Assembly: GCA_002633005.1 (NCBI GenBank)
Contig: NMRA01000537.1
Coordinates: 141,041 to 205,040 of the forward strand
Length of the DNA: 64,000 bases
Origin: Phoronis australis
Lineage: Eukaryota; Animalia; Phoronida
Direction: 5' to 3'
Shown here: positions 50,101-62,932 of the stretch, piece by piece
How positions within the stretch are numbered: the first letter of the stretch is position 1
How the letters are laid out: each line of letters starts with the position of its first letter
Translations under genes and position numbers: made by a program
Notes under the pieces: generated by a model
What the model saw: only the letters and a program-made list of their open reading frames with translations
What the model was told of the DNA's origin: nothing
Databases searched by the model: none

Positions 50101-53100
50101 GCATCTATAGTGAATTTTGAACTGATGTTCAGATGCATATTTCACCGAACAAAAGGGGCCTCTGAATCAGGTTATCAGTTCAGAATGAAACTTTTGTCAT
50201 TTCAGTCAACATCAACGCTATTATGACGCTAATTGCAAAAGGCGAGTTGCAGACGACAGAAACGGACGAAGTCAAGATTAAAAAGGCTCTTATCGACTCC
50301 ATGATAAAATTTTCCATTTGTGTTCACCCATGCCACGTAGGTATCACGTGATCTAATGTAGAATTTTTGTTGGATGACTATAGGACGTCTGATCGGAAGG
50401 GAGACCAACCGCGTAAAACGAGCGATCTTAGAGGCACATTAATGCGCAAAATGCAAGTAGTCTGTCCAATCATGCGACTGATTACAATGGGCGCGCAGTG
50501 CTTATAAGTGCAAACCACATAAATGAAGGAAGTTGATTTGCCGTTTGTTATGGCGTCGAATAATAAGCAGGCAAACCTTATATCTGATGAGCGTTCGCAA
50601 GTGTGTGAACGAGACCACACAAATTCCGCCCCCAACCCCCATACAAGGAGGCTTAAAAACATTGTCTGAGATTCTTTGGGGCCCTAATTTACACCAAGTC
50701 TGGGGACCCTGGTAATTCGAGGCTTCCCCTGTCGTCACAGTTTTCCCATCCACGTTGTTTCACCTAGTTACGTGTACCTTTTCCAGCAGTCGCCATATTG
50801 CAACTCCCCGACATAACTTTCAAGGGCCCCTTGTGGCTGTGAGGCAGTTACTATGTTTTGTGACGAGGCAACTGATGGGATTTTATACATTCCATCTCGG
50901 TTTGGATAACAGGGCAAACGAAGTAAGTGAGACTGTTCAGGATTCACTCCAAAACCGAAGATGTTGAGAATTTCAAAGACTTGTTCGCTCCTGTATTCCG
51001 CGTTGATTTGATGCTATGATAGAACAGGCGATAGGGATGGGGTAGTGGAGCAAATCGAACAACACCAGGCGATTCCTCCGTACAACATATAGCGGCTCAT
51101 TGTGATCCAAATTAGACAAAACAGCGCATATAGTGGTGAATAACCCCATTTTTAGTTGGTCCACTGACTTCAGAGTTTAATGATTTCCTTACAGGTTCCA
51201 ATGAATGAGATCCATCTTTCACGAGGTCCTCGTTATAAACGGTCTCTAATGACGACCTACACCATAACGATCAAACTTGAATCGATGGTACTTCCTGGAG
51301 TCGACGTAGCAACTGTGGCGAAGAACCTAAGGTAGATTTGCGAAAGCTCTAAATTCATGGATGATATCTACTTTCGGACTTTTATCAGTCGTTTTCTCTT
51401 CGACCATTTTCATTCGCATTTTCACTGGCTCACTACGCTGGCAAGACTTTTTCAGCGGTGGGAAAACGTCGCTCGATCTGAAAGTTTTAACGCTATTGCA
51501 CAGCACGACTATTTGAAAACGAAAGCGACTGTGCCGAATTATTGTATATTCCTGTGAAACTTAATGTTGTAGGGAAAAAGTCGAAAAATTCCAGGCGCTT
51601 TTGTTGATTGGAGATTTCTTCATACATCTGAACGGAAAGGCTCTTTATCTCAGCGCTGTGCCGGCATTCACAATTCCGAATGTCTCCACGGAATGTCCTC
51701 CCAACCATGTTCAGACAGGCAATAAATGCCGTAAGTACGATTGTCGTAGTTTTGTCTGATTATCAAGTCATGCTTCCATGCACTTTTTGTAAGCATTGTT
51801 TTCGGAGTGGTTCAAATGAATACTTGGGAAATTAGGTACAACACGAATTCTGAGGTGACGGAAATTGTGCAACGGGAATTGCGCAACTATTTTTCTTTAA
51901 TTTTTCACGTCAGTCTAGTGTAGCGAAACATTTCAACAGTAACCGGGTAAATTAGAAAAACGCGGGTGTAGTTGAATTGACCCACATGGTCTCACGTCTA
52001 TGGATTAATTTGGAATACCGGTACCTGTGGGTCATATTAGGTTTGTCCTTTTTTGCTTACAATGTTAATAATCCCGTTGGACCAGGTAAGCAATCTCAGT
52101 GCGTCAGTAAAATTACTTTTGGGGCAAGGACGCGGCAGGCGCTCCTAAAATTGTCGATGAGTTATACAACAAACGTTTGACTGAATCGTCGTAGGTCCCT
52201 ATGTTGTAGGTTGAAGAGGTGACACAGCGTGTACTGAATCATTTGGCAGACTAAGATCAAATAGACCTATAATCCATCCATCTTTGCTTCCATGTTTTGT
52301 TAGAACCCACTCGGGTATTTGCCAGTATGAAAGTTGCGATTCAAAATCCATCCATCATTCCAGACTCGTGTTCCAGTGGCTATCTCTTCAACTCCACAAG
52401 CCAGACATGTCAGCCATGCGGTCGCGGATATTACCAGTCACTTGACGGACAGAGTCATTGCGATCAATGTCCTGGAAATTTAACAACGTTCTCAATTGGG
52501 GCAAGGAACGTGTCAAGTTGCAGAGGTGCGTTTCAAAGTCTTATGGTAAAATACCTAATTTACTTGGGCGGCTAAGGAAGCACTTGCCTCAGACCCCCTT
52601 CGTGTGGACCTTTTTAAAATGAAAAACTACCGTCAGACGGGGCCCATGTCGTGGGCTAGGTTTAATTGTGGGACGTTTGTTAGTCGGGTCCTTTCATTTC
52701 TGTTTTGCAGGCGTGCACAACAGCACACTGTACTCACTGATATCACTAACAAGGCAGCGTACTAGAGCTTCGATCAAATCCCATTGATGTATTTAAGGGC
52801 GCAGGGGGCCGGCATGCCGGCGAACACTTTTTCCTAGTTGGGCTTTTCCTACATCCGCCAGTGACACCGGATACAGAACAGTCGTGGAAAATAAGAAGTG
52901 TTTAAAATTCGTCTTATTCCAAATCTTGCATTACACTTATTTTTCTCACAAAAACAAAATCAAAACAAAACAAGTCTCGCCATTAAAAAAGTAATGTGCC
53001 CTGATGAATTCGCCGCGGTAAGTCGCAGATCCATAAAACTACACAGTGTATTGTCTCTTCAACGCTTTAGCTTGTTCAGTCATTCATCCATATTCATAGC

Positions 53101-54399
53101 ATGTCCCGAGGGATTCGACCAGGCACACAACGATGCGGCGAATGACATTTTCTGCTTCCACAAGTCACGTCTTCCAATGACCTTCAACGAAGCGAACACG
53201 TACTGTCGCGACAGAGACGCTAAAATTTTCGCGCCTACATCAAAGAGCGACGTTGCTATCCTAGTCAAGACATTGATGTCACTACAAGATGTGTGGATAG
53301 GTAAGTCAATTATACGGTAGATGTTTGTGGGTAGACGTAAAATCTCGCCGGTACTCGCATGGGCTGGGTGTACCAGAACATACCCCTTGAGAAAGAATCG
53401 TATTGGTCAAAACTCCTTCTATGGTTCGAAATCTCAAAAAACAGGGATAGTGGCAAAAAACCTAGTACATTATAGAAAAGGTCTGGGAGTCAAAATTTTA
53501 AGGGGAACGTCACACTTTTATATGGATCGAATGGAACAAGGATAGCAAACACTGACGAAAGTATATTTAAAATAACGCACATTTGGTAAACAAATGCAAA
53601 GGTTTACTGCGAGTTGTGTTTTAAATTAAGGAGTAATTTTACGAAATACACTGGCGTCCGACGGCGTCCGACGGCGTCCATGGGTGTAACTAGAGTAACT
53701 GGCACAGTGCCAACATAATTAGGTCATTTGAAATTTATGAATCGTCGAGATTGCTAACACGTAGAATTTGATTTCCGTCTTATTTTCAATATGACATTAA
53801 ATGGGTCACGTCTTTTTAGTAAATGTTAGCAAAAAAGAAAGGTATATCTATAGCAATACAATGGTATCAATAAGGTATCCAAATTTCATTTCAAATAAGT
53901 GTTCAAACACACTTTTACAGTTGTTTAAAATTATTTCATGTACGTTTTAAGCAGCTTTTGAGTTTTTTCACAAAAGTCGTAAAGGTCCTATATAGATAAT
54001 CCCCCAAGCGTCATTTCAATAACGATTCCTAACAGCGTTTTGGGAACATTGCTTAAATCATAGTATCTAGAAGTTCGATATGAATCCGTCAACCATTTTT
54101 GAGATATGATGTTCCGAAAAAAAGCCAAATTTGGACATTTTTCCAGGGTATCACGTGACCTTAAACATGTTTCGTATAGTAAGCGATTTATGTTTGAAAT
54201 GTCGGGTAGTGAAGGGAGTTTTGTGCTTTCAGATGGTACTTTTCTGTCCAGCGGTCAGTTCAAAGAGTGGAATCAAGTTTCGATAGATGTGACGAGAAAT
54301 TGCTTGAGGCTGCAGCAAAGTAATTATGGCTTTGCGTGGACGGCAGACGATTGCACAATGAGATTGAATACCATTTGTGAACGTGGACGATCCGAGTAG
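38113..54399 (+). CDS. Gene B: secreted mosaic protein SP-VWA-VWA-(EGF)9-Sushi/CCP-spacer(RYKR)-GCC2/GCC3-like Cys-rich-CTLD, matrilin-like head on the gene A tail, about 1159 aa
   Basis: Exons 38113-38164 ([18 protein letters not shown]), 41859-42443, 44890-45477, 46445-47281, 47632-47751, 48393-48512, 49532-49753, 50206-50336, 51195-51331, 51573-51730, 52364-52525, 53100-53300, 54233-54399 (last acceptor uncertain). GT-AG, phases compatible, 3480 nt. Confidence 0.85.
41727..41790. repeat. (TG/CG)n microsatellite
   Basis: gtgtgtgtgtgtgtgtgcgtgcgtgcg..., about 70 nt upstream of the VWA1 acceptor. Confidence 0.9.
41859..42443 (+). CDS. Gene B exon 2, VWA domain 1
   Basis: [16 protein letters not shown] (DxSxS MIDAS)...QVGLAVFSD...F.LN.Y...T.T..AI...[17 protein letters not shown]; phase 1-1 exon. 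Confidence 0.93.
44890..45477 (+). CDS. Gene B exon 3, VWA domain 2
   Basis: [16 protein letters not shown]...[10 protein letters not shown]...[13 protein letters not shown]; tandem duplicate of exon 2; phase 1-1. An alternative in-frame acceptor at 44899 is possible. Confidence 0.93.
46445..47281 (+). CDS. Gene B exon 4: 7 tandem EGF/cbEGF domains in one exon
   Basis: tttcag|AT GTC AAC GAA TGT ... TGC AAA G|gtatat; 279 codons; paralogous to 21623-23056. Confidence 0.95.
53740..54164. mobile_element. Non-autonomous DNA element ending ...ACCTTAA (Kolobok-like terminus)
   Basis: Related copies at about 12340-12756 (ends gtccgtcataaccttaa) and inverted at 4062-4640. TTAA followed by GG fits Kolobok-type ends; the family assignment is inference. 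Confidence 0.5.
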
Positions 54400-55630
54400 A
54401 TGGGTTGTAACGAAGGTCTAAGCTGTGAAACTACAAAATATCTAGTCGTTATTAACAGAATTTATCCAGAATGCAAACATTGGCCAGTGCAAAATGTAGA
54501 TACGAATAAAAATCATTTAGCTGTGTTTTACACCATGGTGAATCATCCTTCTTTCCATCATAATAGCAGCAGGTTTATGCAAGTAAAAACTTTTTTCAGT
54601 TACGACGTATCATAAACTTATCCATCATGCACGAAACAGTCTCTGTAGGGAGACACACGACTTTGTTCCCTTAAATTTCATCGCATTTGTGCAGACTTTG
54701 ATTACTCACTAATGTTATAATGTTTTCATCAATTATCTTCATGGTTTCTCTTTAGCTTATAACATGTTCTGATATTTTTTTCTGAAAACTGACAGAGCAC
54801 ATTTTTCACTGAAAGTGAAAGAGGGACTAAGACCTTAATTAGAGGCGTTGCAGGAAAAGATCCCAGTGGTATTTTAATGGTATAAAAAATTCAACGTAAT
54901 TAGTTTTCTCTTGGTACATACATAAAACCTAAAACTTGACGACAACAGCAAAAAGAAGGACATGAGTGTTTGCACAAAGTCCACCAACACCTGAAAATTT
55001 AGTGAACATAGCTGAGTGCCTACAGAGGTCCGTTTTATCAAAGGCTGTAAGTACGGTCTTAGCTAAGGCGGTCGTATTTTTCATTTTAGTTTGCACACAT
55101 TAGAGAGATCGATGGTGTAAACATGAGAGGTATAAGGGAGGTGCAGCCCCCTCCCCTCAGTCCCGTATGTTGCACCACCCGCGTTATAAGCAAACGCGAC
55201 GTCGTGCTCGCAATAATGTGCTTACTATCGAGCTGAGACATTATGTTATGTAACGTAAGGTGTTGATAACTGTGGGTTATTATATCAAGATTCGTGATAT
55301 GCAAAAGTATTCGAACGAGGTCGTAACCCTACGGCAGTCCTCATTTTCAGAGTCACGTGACTTGCTGTATAGTAGTGATTGAAGTGCCCACGTGCTTTAT
55401 TTTCATAGAGCATGAATTTCATCTTTATTCCATGTAAGCGAGAGCATTCGATTTCACACGTATCTTTTAAACAGTTGGAAGTACTGTGCACGGCTCTGTT
55501 GTCGCCTCCTCGGTATATTTTTAGGTTCACGGTAGAGCCGACAGACATCCAATACTTGGAACAAGCATAGTCGCACTGATCAGCTTTAAATCATTAGTCA
55601 GATACTCCTCCAGTGTTCAAAGGACGATGA

Positions 55631-58600
55631 CTACTCTTGACTGAAGTTCGTTTTCATTTCCATCCAATATTCTGGAGTTGACCTAGAGAACGTAAAATAA
55701 AGTACATGGTGCCGTTATAATATACACAAGTTTCTTTTAGAGTTGGGTATCGTGAACCCGCAAGCGGTAGATGCATGCAACTGCGCGCAAAATAATATAT
55801 TTTGAAAAACATAGTCCTAAATTATCGGCTCCTTGTGGAACCAAAACGGATGCTGCGGGTATGATGCGCATGCTCAACTACATAGTGATATTTGAACCAG
55901 AAACAAATGTATGCCAATATCCTTCTCGCTGAGCACTCGAAAAGCTCTATAGCTTCCACGCACGATACAAGTACAGTATTCACACGTTGCCCGATCAGAC
56001 GACAAACCAGCCTTAATTCTTACAGTAAGCTAATGACGAAATTCAATCCGTCACAATAATTATTGAACATTTACCTTTCTCTGACCATGTCGTAGATGCG
56101 ATGGACGACTTTCGCATTGTTCCCAAACACGGCGTTTTTAGCGGCACCTGGCGGACGACGTCCCCTTTCCTCAGCCAACTACAAAGGGTGACGATGACCA
56201 AAGTGAAACAAAGATGGTACTGTTTAGTATAATAGAAACAAGTGTCTTGTCGAGTAACGTCCATGTTATCAAATGCCACTTTGAAATCCTGCTTGACGTC
56301 CAAACCACAAAATCCTTGATGAGTGGCACTTGCAAACTATTAACATTTTGCGAATTCATAGAAAGAGAAATTTTGATTTAGACTACGTGCCGCAGTTATT
56401 TGTTCCTTACTGAGATGAGAAGTAATTGACCTATCGCCAGGATTTTGAGTGACGGCTTAACTGACCACTTAGAACGCAGCATTATTGACACACCTTCGTT
56501 TCCAAGCCGCCATTTTACCCGACAAACAACACGTTGCCAGGTAAAACTTATTGTTTGGTAATCGACATTACGCAAGAGGGCGGAGCTTGCGATATGTCAT
56601 TTTCTCGTTTGCAAATAACTGCCAGCTAGTTATTTACTGAGACCATCCTCGACTCATAAAAACAAAACCAACATGTAGAGCCTGGTCTCGAGGAATATCG
56701 AATTTTCTGCTGTCTGGAAGCACTGAAATTATCTCTAATTTGAATTTTTAACGGAAGCGCTTTGTGGTTTAAAAAGTTTTTAGCTAGGTGAGTCGGCACC
56801 TCAAGTCACAAACAATACGTACACGTACATGCGCTGTTTCGGAATTCGTAATTTTAGGTTTCGCCAACTTCAGTGGCAAATGGTTTCGATGATCTCGTTG
56901 GTAACGGAAATAGTTTCTATCATGGTAAGGGATATAACGAGATAGCAAAAGGCCTCGATTTTCTTTTTTTAGCCAGTTAAACGGGGCAATGACATATCGC
57001 AAGCTTCGCCTCCTTGCGAAAAGTCACGTGATACATGATGTACAATCTCAATACATTACGCTTCCACGGGCGGATCTAGGATTTTGGTCAGGGGGGTCAG
57101 GGCACAGGAATACCCAGAATTTCGCCACATGCGCGCGCCCAGCCTAAAATGTATGGATGCGGGGTCTTTATTTTTTGGGTTTGTGGACCTTATTCCTATG
57201 AAAAAAAACGGTAAACGGCCGGGGTTTGTTCAAGGCTTATGCATTTTGAATTCGCCCCCGAGCCCCTTGGATGCGCGCACGTGCTGGTCAGCAATTCGCA
57301 CCCCGGACAGCCAAATGGTATCAGGGAGAACTTTAAGGGGGGTATGACCCCGTTGGTCCTCCTCTAAATCCGCCACTGGCTTTCCCTTTAATCCCCTGAA
57401 CAACTGACCGGGTCATCGACTGGGCTAAATGATGGCGTAGTATTTTAATAGCATGAGACAAAAGGTTGGGATTCATGTCACAGGTTTTGGTTCATTGGTA
57501 TGTATCTAATTCCAAAAATCAACAATTTTCATGGCAGACGGTCCTGCAGTCCTGTGTAATCTGTAGAAAAGTTATGATGCCCACCAATACGTGGGGCGAC
57601 GATCACGTGAATTTATTTTACATTGAGAATACAGTTATAATGGCGGTAGGAGAGTGTATCTTGATTACTTGTGTTCCTTTGGCAATAACATGTTCTAGTG
57701 GTGAGGACTACGCTAAAATACTCTGAATGATCTTCAAACAAACCTCTTCCGCTATTTCTCTGATGTGGTAAGGTTCGAAGCCGCAGCAACCTCCGAAATA
57801 GTTGACGCCAAGTTCGAACGCTGCTCTTGCGAACTTTCGGGCATCGAATCGAGTGTACATCCGGGATTCCAGTGCTTTAATTAACAAAACCCAAAGTGTT
57901 GACAATCCAAACAAGCACAGTAGATTCATGATAATAAAGCAAAGTTTGATTAAACAGCCTTTGGTAGATGGTGGTGGAGGTGGCAGTGGTGATGGTAGGC
58001 NNNNNNNNNNNNNNNNNNNNNNNNNNNNNNNNNNNNNNNNNNNNNNNNNNNNNNNNNNNNNNNNNNNNNNNNNNNNNNNNNNNNNNNNNNNNNNNNNNNN
58101 NNNNNNNNNNNNNNNNNNNNNNNNNNNNNNNNNNNNNNNNNNNNNNNNNNNNNNNNNNNNNNNNNNNNNNNNNNNNNNNNNNNNNNNNNNNNNNNNNNNN
58201 NNNNNNNNNNNNNNNNNNNNNNNNNGTGGTGGCGGTGGTGGCGGCGATGGTGGCAGTGGTGGTGATAGCGACAGTGGTGGTGGTGGTGGTGGGCGGCAGT
58301 GGTGTTGGCGTGATAATGATAATGGTCGTGGTCGTGATGGTAGTGGGCGGTGGTAGTGGCATGGTGGTCATAATGTCGTGGTCATAGTTGTGGAAGTGGT
58401 GGTGGTGGGCGGTGGTAGTGGTGGCGTGGTGGTGAAAATAGTGGTAGTTCTATAGACCCAATTCACGCCGACAGGAGGCGCGTTCCAAAACGAGGCTCGC
58501 TACGATAGCTCTGTTTGCTTATCGGCATAGTTGTATTCCTGTTTCCTGAACGGCTGGAAAAAATACGGACTCTCAACTGTCTGTTTTCCTTAAGGACGTT

Positions 58601-61600
58601 GAGATTCGAAGCGTTGAGTCGTTGCCACACGCCGCGACGAAGGAAAATATGTCCGTGTAAAATTTAAAAATGTTTTCGAAAACTTAGATCATATTTTGTC
58701 GCATATGGGTTGCCGAACATCATATAGCAACGACCGGAGAATCTTTGGCCCATAGACATCTTAATAATGTGATATCTATGTTTCGGCCAGCCAGACTGTG
58801 TTTTCATGACTACGCATTGGTGGCGCAGCACTGAAGGGGGGCTAAAGCCTCCTAAGCCCCGCTTGGTGCACTGCCTACTGTGCGCCGTACTACATGATGC
58901 ATTTTTCTTTCCAAAAAGGACAGGGCTCTCAATCTCTCGATTTTAGGACCGAATCTCGGCCCTATTCCCCTCTCAAAAATATTGAAAAATCACACAAAAT
59001 CCCCCCACGAGGCCTAAAAATTCCCCTAGTAATTGAAAATTTCTCTCCGGACAATCACCTGTAACCACACAGGTAACAATTTGAAAGAGCACAAAATGCT
59101 TCTTGAGACAGAGCCTTTGAGGGCTTGCAACAGGGCGGGGGTGCTATTGACGGTGATCGGGAGGTAGATTTCCCCCTCACTGCTCGGCGAAAAAATGCCC
59201 TCTTAGAAGGCACGGACACTTTTCCCCTCGAATAAACGAGGCCCCTGAAGAAACCTGATAAATACGCTTGCTCTGTCCAGTTAACTGAAATTGAGTTCTA
59301 AAACGAGGTTATGTAAATTTAACTTGGTCCAGATTTGAATCCTAACACATGTGAAATAGACGTAAGAATTATTAACTGTAAGAAAGCAGAATTGATGATT
59401 AAATAATTTTTATTTTCAGTTACGTGCCTGGTTTTTTATTTTAGTAAAAATATATTTAATAACATCAGTTATTCTTTCAGATCAATGACAAATCAACTGT
59501 TAGTCCCGGTAGTTCCTACCTCACCAGGACCTAGGCTATGCTTGGTGTTAATATTCTTTATCGACAAATTAAACGAGATTGCACATGATAGCAAAATACG
59601 AGCAGATGACGTGGTTCGTTTTGAAAGCATTTTATCAACAATTTACCAGAAGAAAGGTAACCCTGCTTTCAGCGTAATACCTAATCCGTAACACTGCGAT
59701 AGCCGCAATTTGGTCATATTTACTTTCTATGTTTCGAACCTTGTTTTCCAAAAAAACTTATTCCCTCTCTTCAGACAACTCTTTGGTGCATTGACTTGTT
59801 CTCTAATGTATTTTTCTACGTCTCTGTGGTTAATTATCGACACCTTTTAAAGATTTAATATCCAGGTTGGACTCGAAAGACCGACCATTTAACTCACGCA
59901 ATGTCAACTTCCGCTTTGTTTATCACAGTGAGCCTTGCTTTGGATTTTAATGTCCGCCGCGTGAATTAGGTCTATAGTAACGCCTCTGACAACAGTCCTA
60001 TTTCCCCTTCTACTTGTGGGCAAAAATTCCCCGCATCTGCTGCGATAGGCCTACATACCCAGTGGATACTCCGGCAGGGCCATGTAACCGTGAATCTCGT
60101 CTTCAACATCCGGGGTATGAAATCCCAGGGGTTGCATCAGTAGAAATGGTTTCAGTCCTTCTGCCTCGAGAGCGTCTTTCATGACCTTCATCGTTTTCAA
60201 ACTTGTTTTGTAGTCGTATATGCAGTTTATGCCAATAATGTCGGCACCTTGGAAACAAAACACGAATGTATATAGGCCTAAATTCACATTCATGTTACAG
60301 TGTGCAGTGTTTACAAATTTCACTTTTAAAGCGCGTAGAAATCCGTCTTTCGTCATAAATTGTTATTTAGTCAAATTAGATTTCATTTCTGGTCATGACA
60401 GCTCGTTAGTGCTTGAGATCAGACTCTAAAAGTTGAGTGGTCAGGGCGTGTTATTTTATTTGGAGAACATTCACCGTATTCGAAACGTAGGCCTACCCTT
60501 TAGGACATGCCCAGCGCTTTACTATTGCGTTTTCACGTGGATTTTTATGAACAATTGTTTGGTAATCATTGTCTTTTCTGACGAACAACAGCAATGAAGT
60601 TCAAGCGTTCGATCAGTTCGCACAGACATTCAGGAGTGAGTAGGGAAAGGGATGTTTTGCCGTGAAAACGGTAATGACTAAGAACTGCCTCCCGTTCAGT
60701 AACACTAGGATCTCGCTAAAAAGCAAGACTTCGCGGGATTACGTGAGATATTGTCGTGTATTTTAAATGAGAACACGTGGTTTGGGCTAGATTTTAGCTA
60801 GGTCCTAGCGTTAGGCTACTGAACGCACGCCTGTTCACATTTTTTGTTTGAAAAAGCTCCTATGATAAGAGTAAGAATTTATTTCGTACAATCTAATTGA
60901 TGTACTGTGAGGGAAATCGACACATTCTGTAAACTACGTACCAGATTTAGCCATTCTTATGGCACACTCCCCCGGTGGGACACCATTCAGGTCTCCTTTC
61001 AAACCCACGCGGAGGCTTACTGCTGTAGGAAGGTCATATTCCTTCATAACCTCCACGGCCCAGATGGCCTCTTCAACGGCTGCAAAGTACTAAAGTTGGA
61101 TATGTCTGGTTAAAACTGAATTTCTTGTTAAAACTTGGCTCTATTTCTCAAAAGACATTAACAACAAATGACTAAGTGAATAAAATTTGCTATGTACCCA
61201 ACTTCTGTGGAAATAAGTAACTTTTCAATTAGCCCACTTACTGTTATGAAATTGGTCTCAAATTAAACAATTTGAAAGGGGTTTTGTGTTTCGGGAAAGC
61301 TGTCAGTTCGCCGCTGTTCGAAATTCAGACCATTTATTAAATCGGATAGACATGATCTCAAGCAATACTGAACTACATGTTCTTCCCAACCAAGAAATAA
61401 CTTCGAATCTGAGTAATGAAAAAGTTTATGAAGGTTTTGAATAGTTTTTGTGCTGTCAACAGAGGGCGGGTACTTAGCACCCTCAAAGTGGAATTTGCAC
61501 ATCAGACACTTATCGTTGTAATGCTTTAGGGAAACTAGAGCAAATATAACATATTTGGACTTTGTGAACATACACACTATAACCTCTCAGATAAGTGTAT

Positions 61601-62932
61601 ACGCTTATAGGCGGGGCAATGCGATTTTTCCTCAAGATTTCTCCACTCAAATGTCTCGCGTGTGGGTGCATGCGCCTACGTTCTGCAGTTAGGCGCATAC
61701 AGTGCTCCGATTATAGGCGCACCTTGGTTTTTCAAATTTCACTATCGAACCAATTTATTTCACACAGCGTTTGGTGTCAGTGAAATAAAAATATGCAGTT
61801 TTAAAACTCACTTATGGTCAGGAGGTCAAAAATGACGTCAAGTCTGTGAGTTAAGTTCGTGGGAGTAGTCTCCTCTATCCAAAGAGCCTAATATGGATGG
61901 AAGAATTTTGGTGAAATCAAGAAACCAATTGCCTTCTGTGGGCGACCGGCTACATAGTCCAAAGGAACAATTGCTACACTTGTTAGGACACAGGCACATA
62001 TGCTAGGAATGGTCGCAAAAGAACTTGAGTAAAAATTTTAAAACGTATTATTTGGGATGATGTGCGCATGTGCCTAGAATGCCCACATGCGGGAACAGAA
62101 ATTTAACTTCTGGGCCCGAGCATATTTTTTACGTTGGATATCAAGAGTGACGTCGCGTAAACACGCGTCACGTAGTTATTGTTGACCAGTGTGCTAGACG
62201 TCATTCAACAATCATGCTTATCCATCGTATACTGAAGTTTAGAGTTTTATGCAACCCAGACCTGATAGATATTGCGCCTTTAACTGTAACCTCACCTCTG
62301 CCAATAGAAAGTCGACGCCATTTTTCTTCAGTTCTTCAACCTGTTTTCGAAATATTGCCTGAACGACTTCTTTCTTTGGGTTGCCGTCGTAATACTCTGT
62401 AGACGCGCAAATGCCACCAGCAACGAGAGCGTTATATGGTTCTGCCTCCTCCCGAGCAATTTTGCAAGCTTGTGCAGTCAATTTAATTGTCTGGAAATAA
62501 TCAGATGTCTGCAACACACTCATAGACCTCAGATCAGTGTGAATACTGACAGAACTAGAAAAAAGACCTAATTAGATGAACAGTTATTTCTTGAGTATGT
62601 TATTTAGAACTTTTATTCCTTTTTATTCTCTGAGAAGAGTTTCGGAATACAAAGCTTTCTCGTTGCCTGGTGACTGGAAATGTATGTGTTCCCCTTTCAA
62701 TACATTTTTGGCAATACGACGTCTCTTACTAATCGTTGAGGTCCGATTTGATAAATTTCTTGACAACAAGTCACATAGATTACAACTAAATGAAATTCAA
62801 GTGTGGTTTCAAATTCCCTTACGTCTACTTGTTTCCCACCAGGAACTTCTAGTTTCCCGCTAGATGTCAGAAAATTAAAGGACTGAATGACATCACTTCC
62901 TCCTTGAAGAAAGTCGCGGTGTAGTTGTCAAA
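55631..62932 (-). CDS. BHMT: Betaine-homocysteine S-methyltransferase-like gene (partial, 5' exons not found in window; possible null allele or pseudogene)
   Basis: Minus-strand exons 62932-62823, 62490-62296, 61089-60942, 60247-60059, 57874-57744, 56178-56075, 55682-55631. Motifs [26 protein letters not shown]|[23 protein letters not shown] and [11 protein letters not shown] (Zn-binding Cys), LAEERG, EYW. In-frame TGA at 62930-62928. Confidence 0.9.
57066..57379. mobile_element. MITE with TIR CA(G)TGGCGGAT
   Basis: cacgggcggatctaggatttt...ctaaatccgccactgg. Related copy at 393-517 (gcggatccaggatttt...ctgaatcccccact). Confidence 0.65.
57968..58446. repeat. (GGT)n-rich microsatellite containing an assembly gap (N 58001-58225)
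   Basis: Directly visible, inside a BHMT intron. Confidence 0.95.
60685..60833. mobile_element. Second full copy of the same MITE, in a BHMT intron
   Basis: ctcccgttcagtaacactaggatct...aggtcctagcgttaggctactgaacgcacgcctg, reverse complement of 4080-4235. Confidence 0.75.

Noticed and set aside
53682-53702. GVTRVT as a displaced piece of the missing GVNDRVT segment of gene B
   Set aside because: Too short and without splice signals; the relic alignment places the ancestral sequence at about 54190-54232.
9348-54399. Naming the genes SCUBE, matrilin, fibrillin or SVEP1
   Set aside because: No CUB, coiled-coil, TB or pentraxin domains seen; only modules are shared, so orthology is unsupported.
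57802-58387. Gly-, Val- or Thr-rich ORFs
   Set aside because: GGT microsatellite plus N gap inside a BHMT intron.
62928-62930. BHMT in-frame TGA as selenocysteine
   Set aside because: It aligns to Arg, not a catalytic Cys. CGA>TGA is the simpler explanation, and I could not identify a SECIS.
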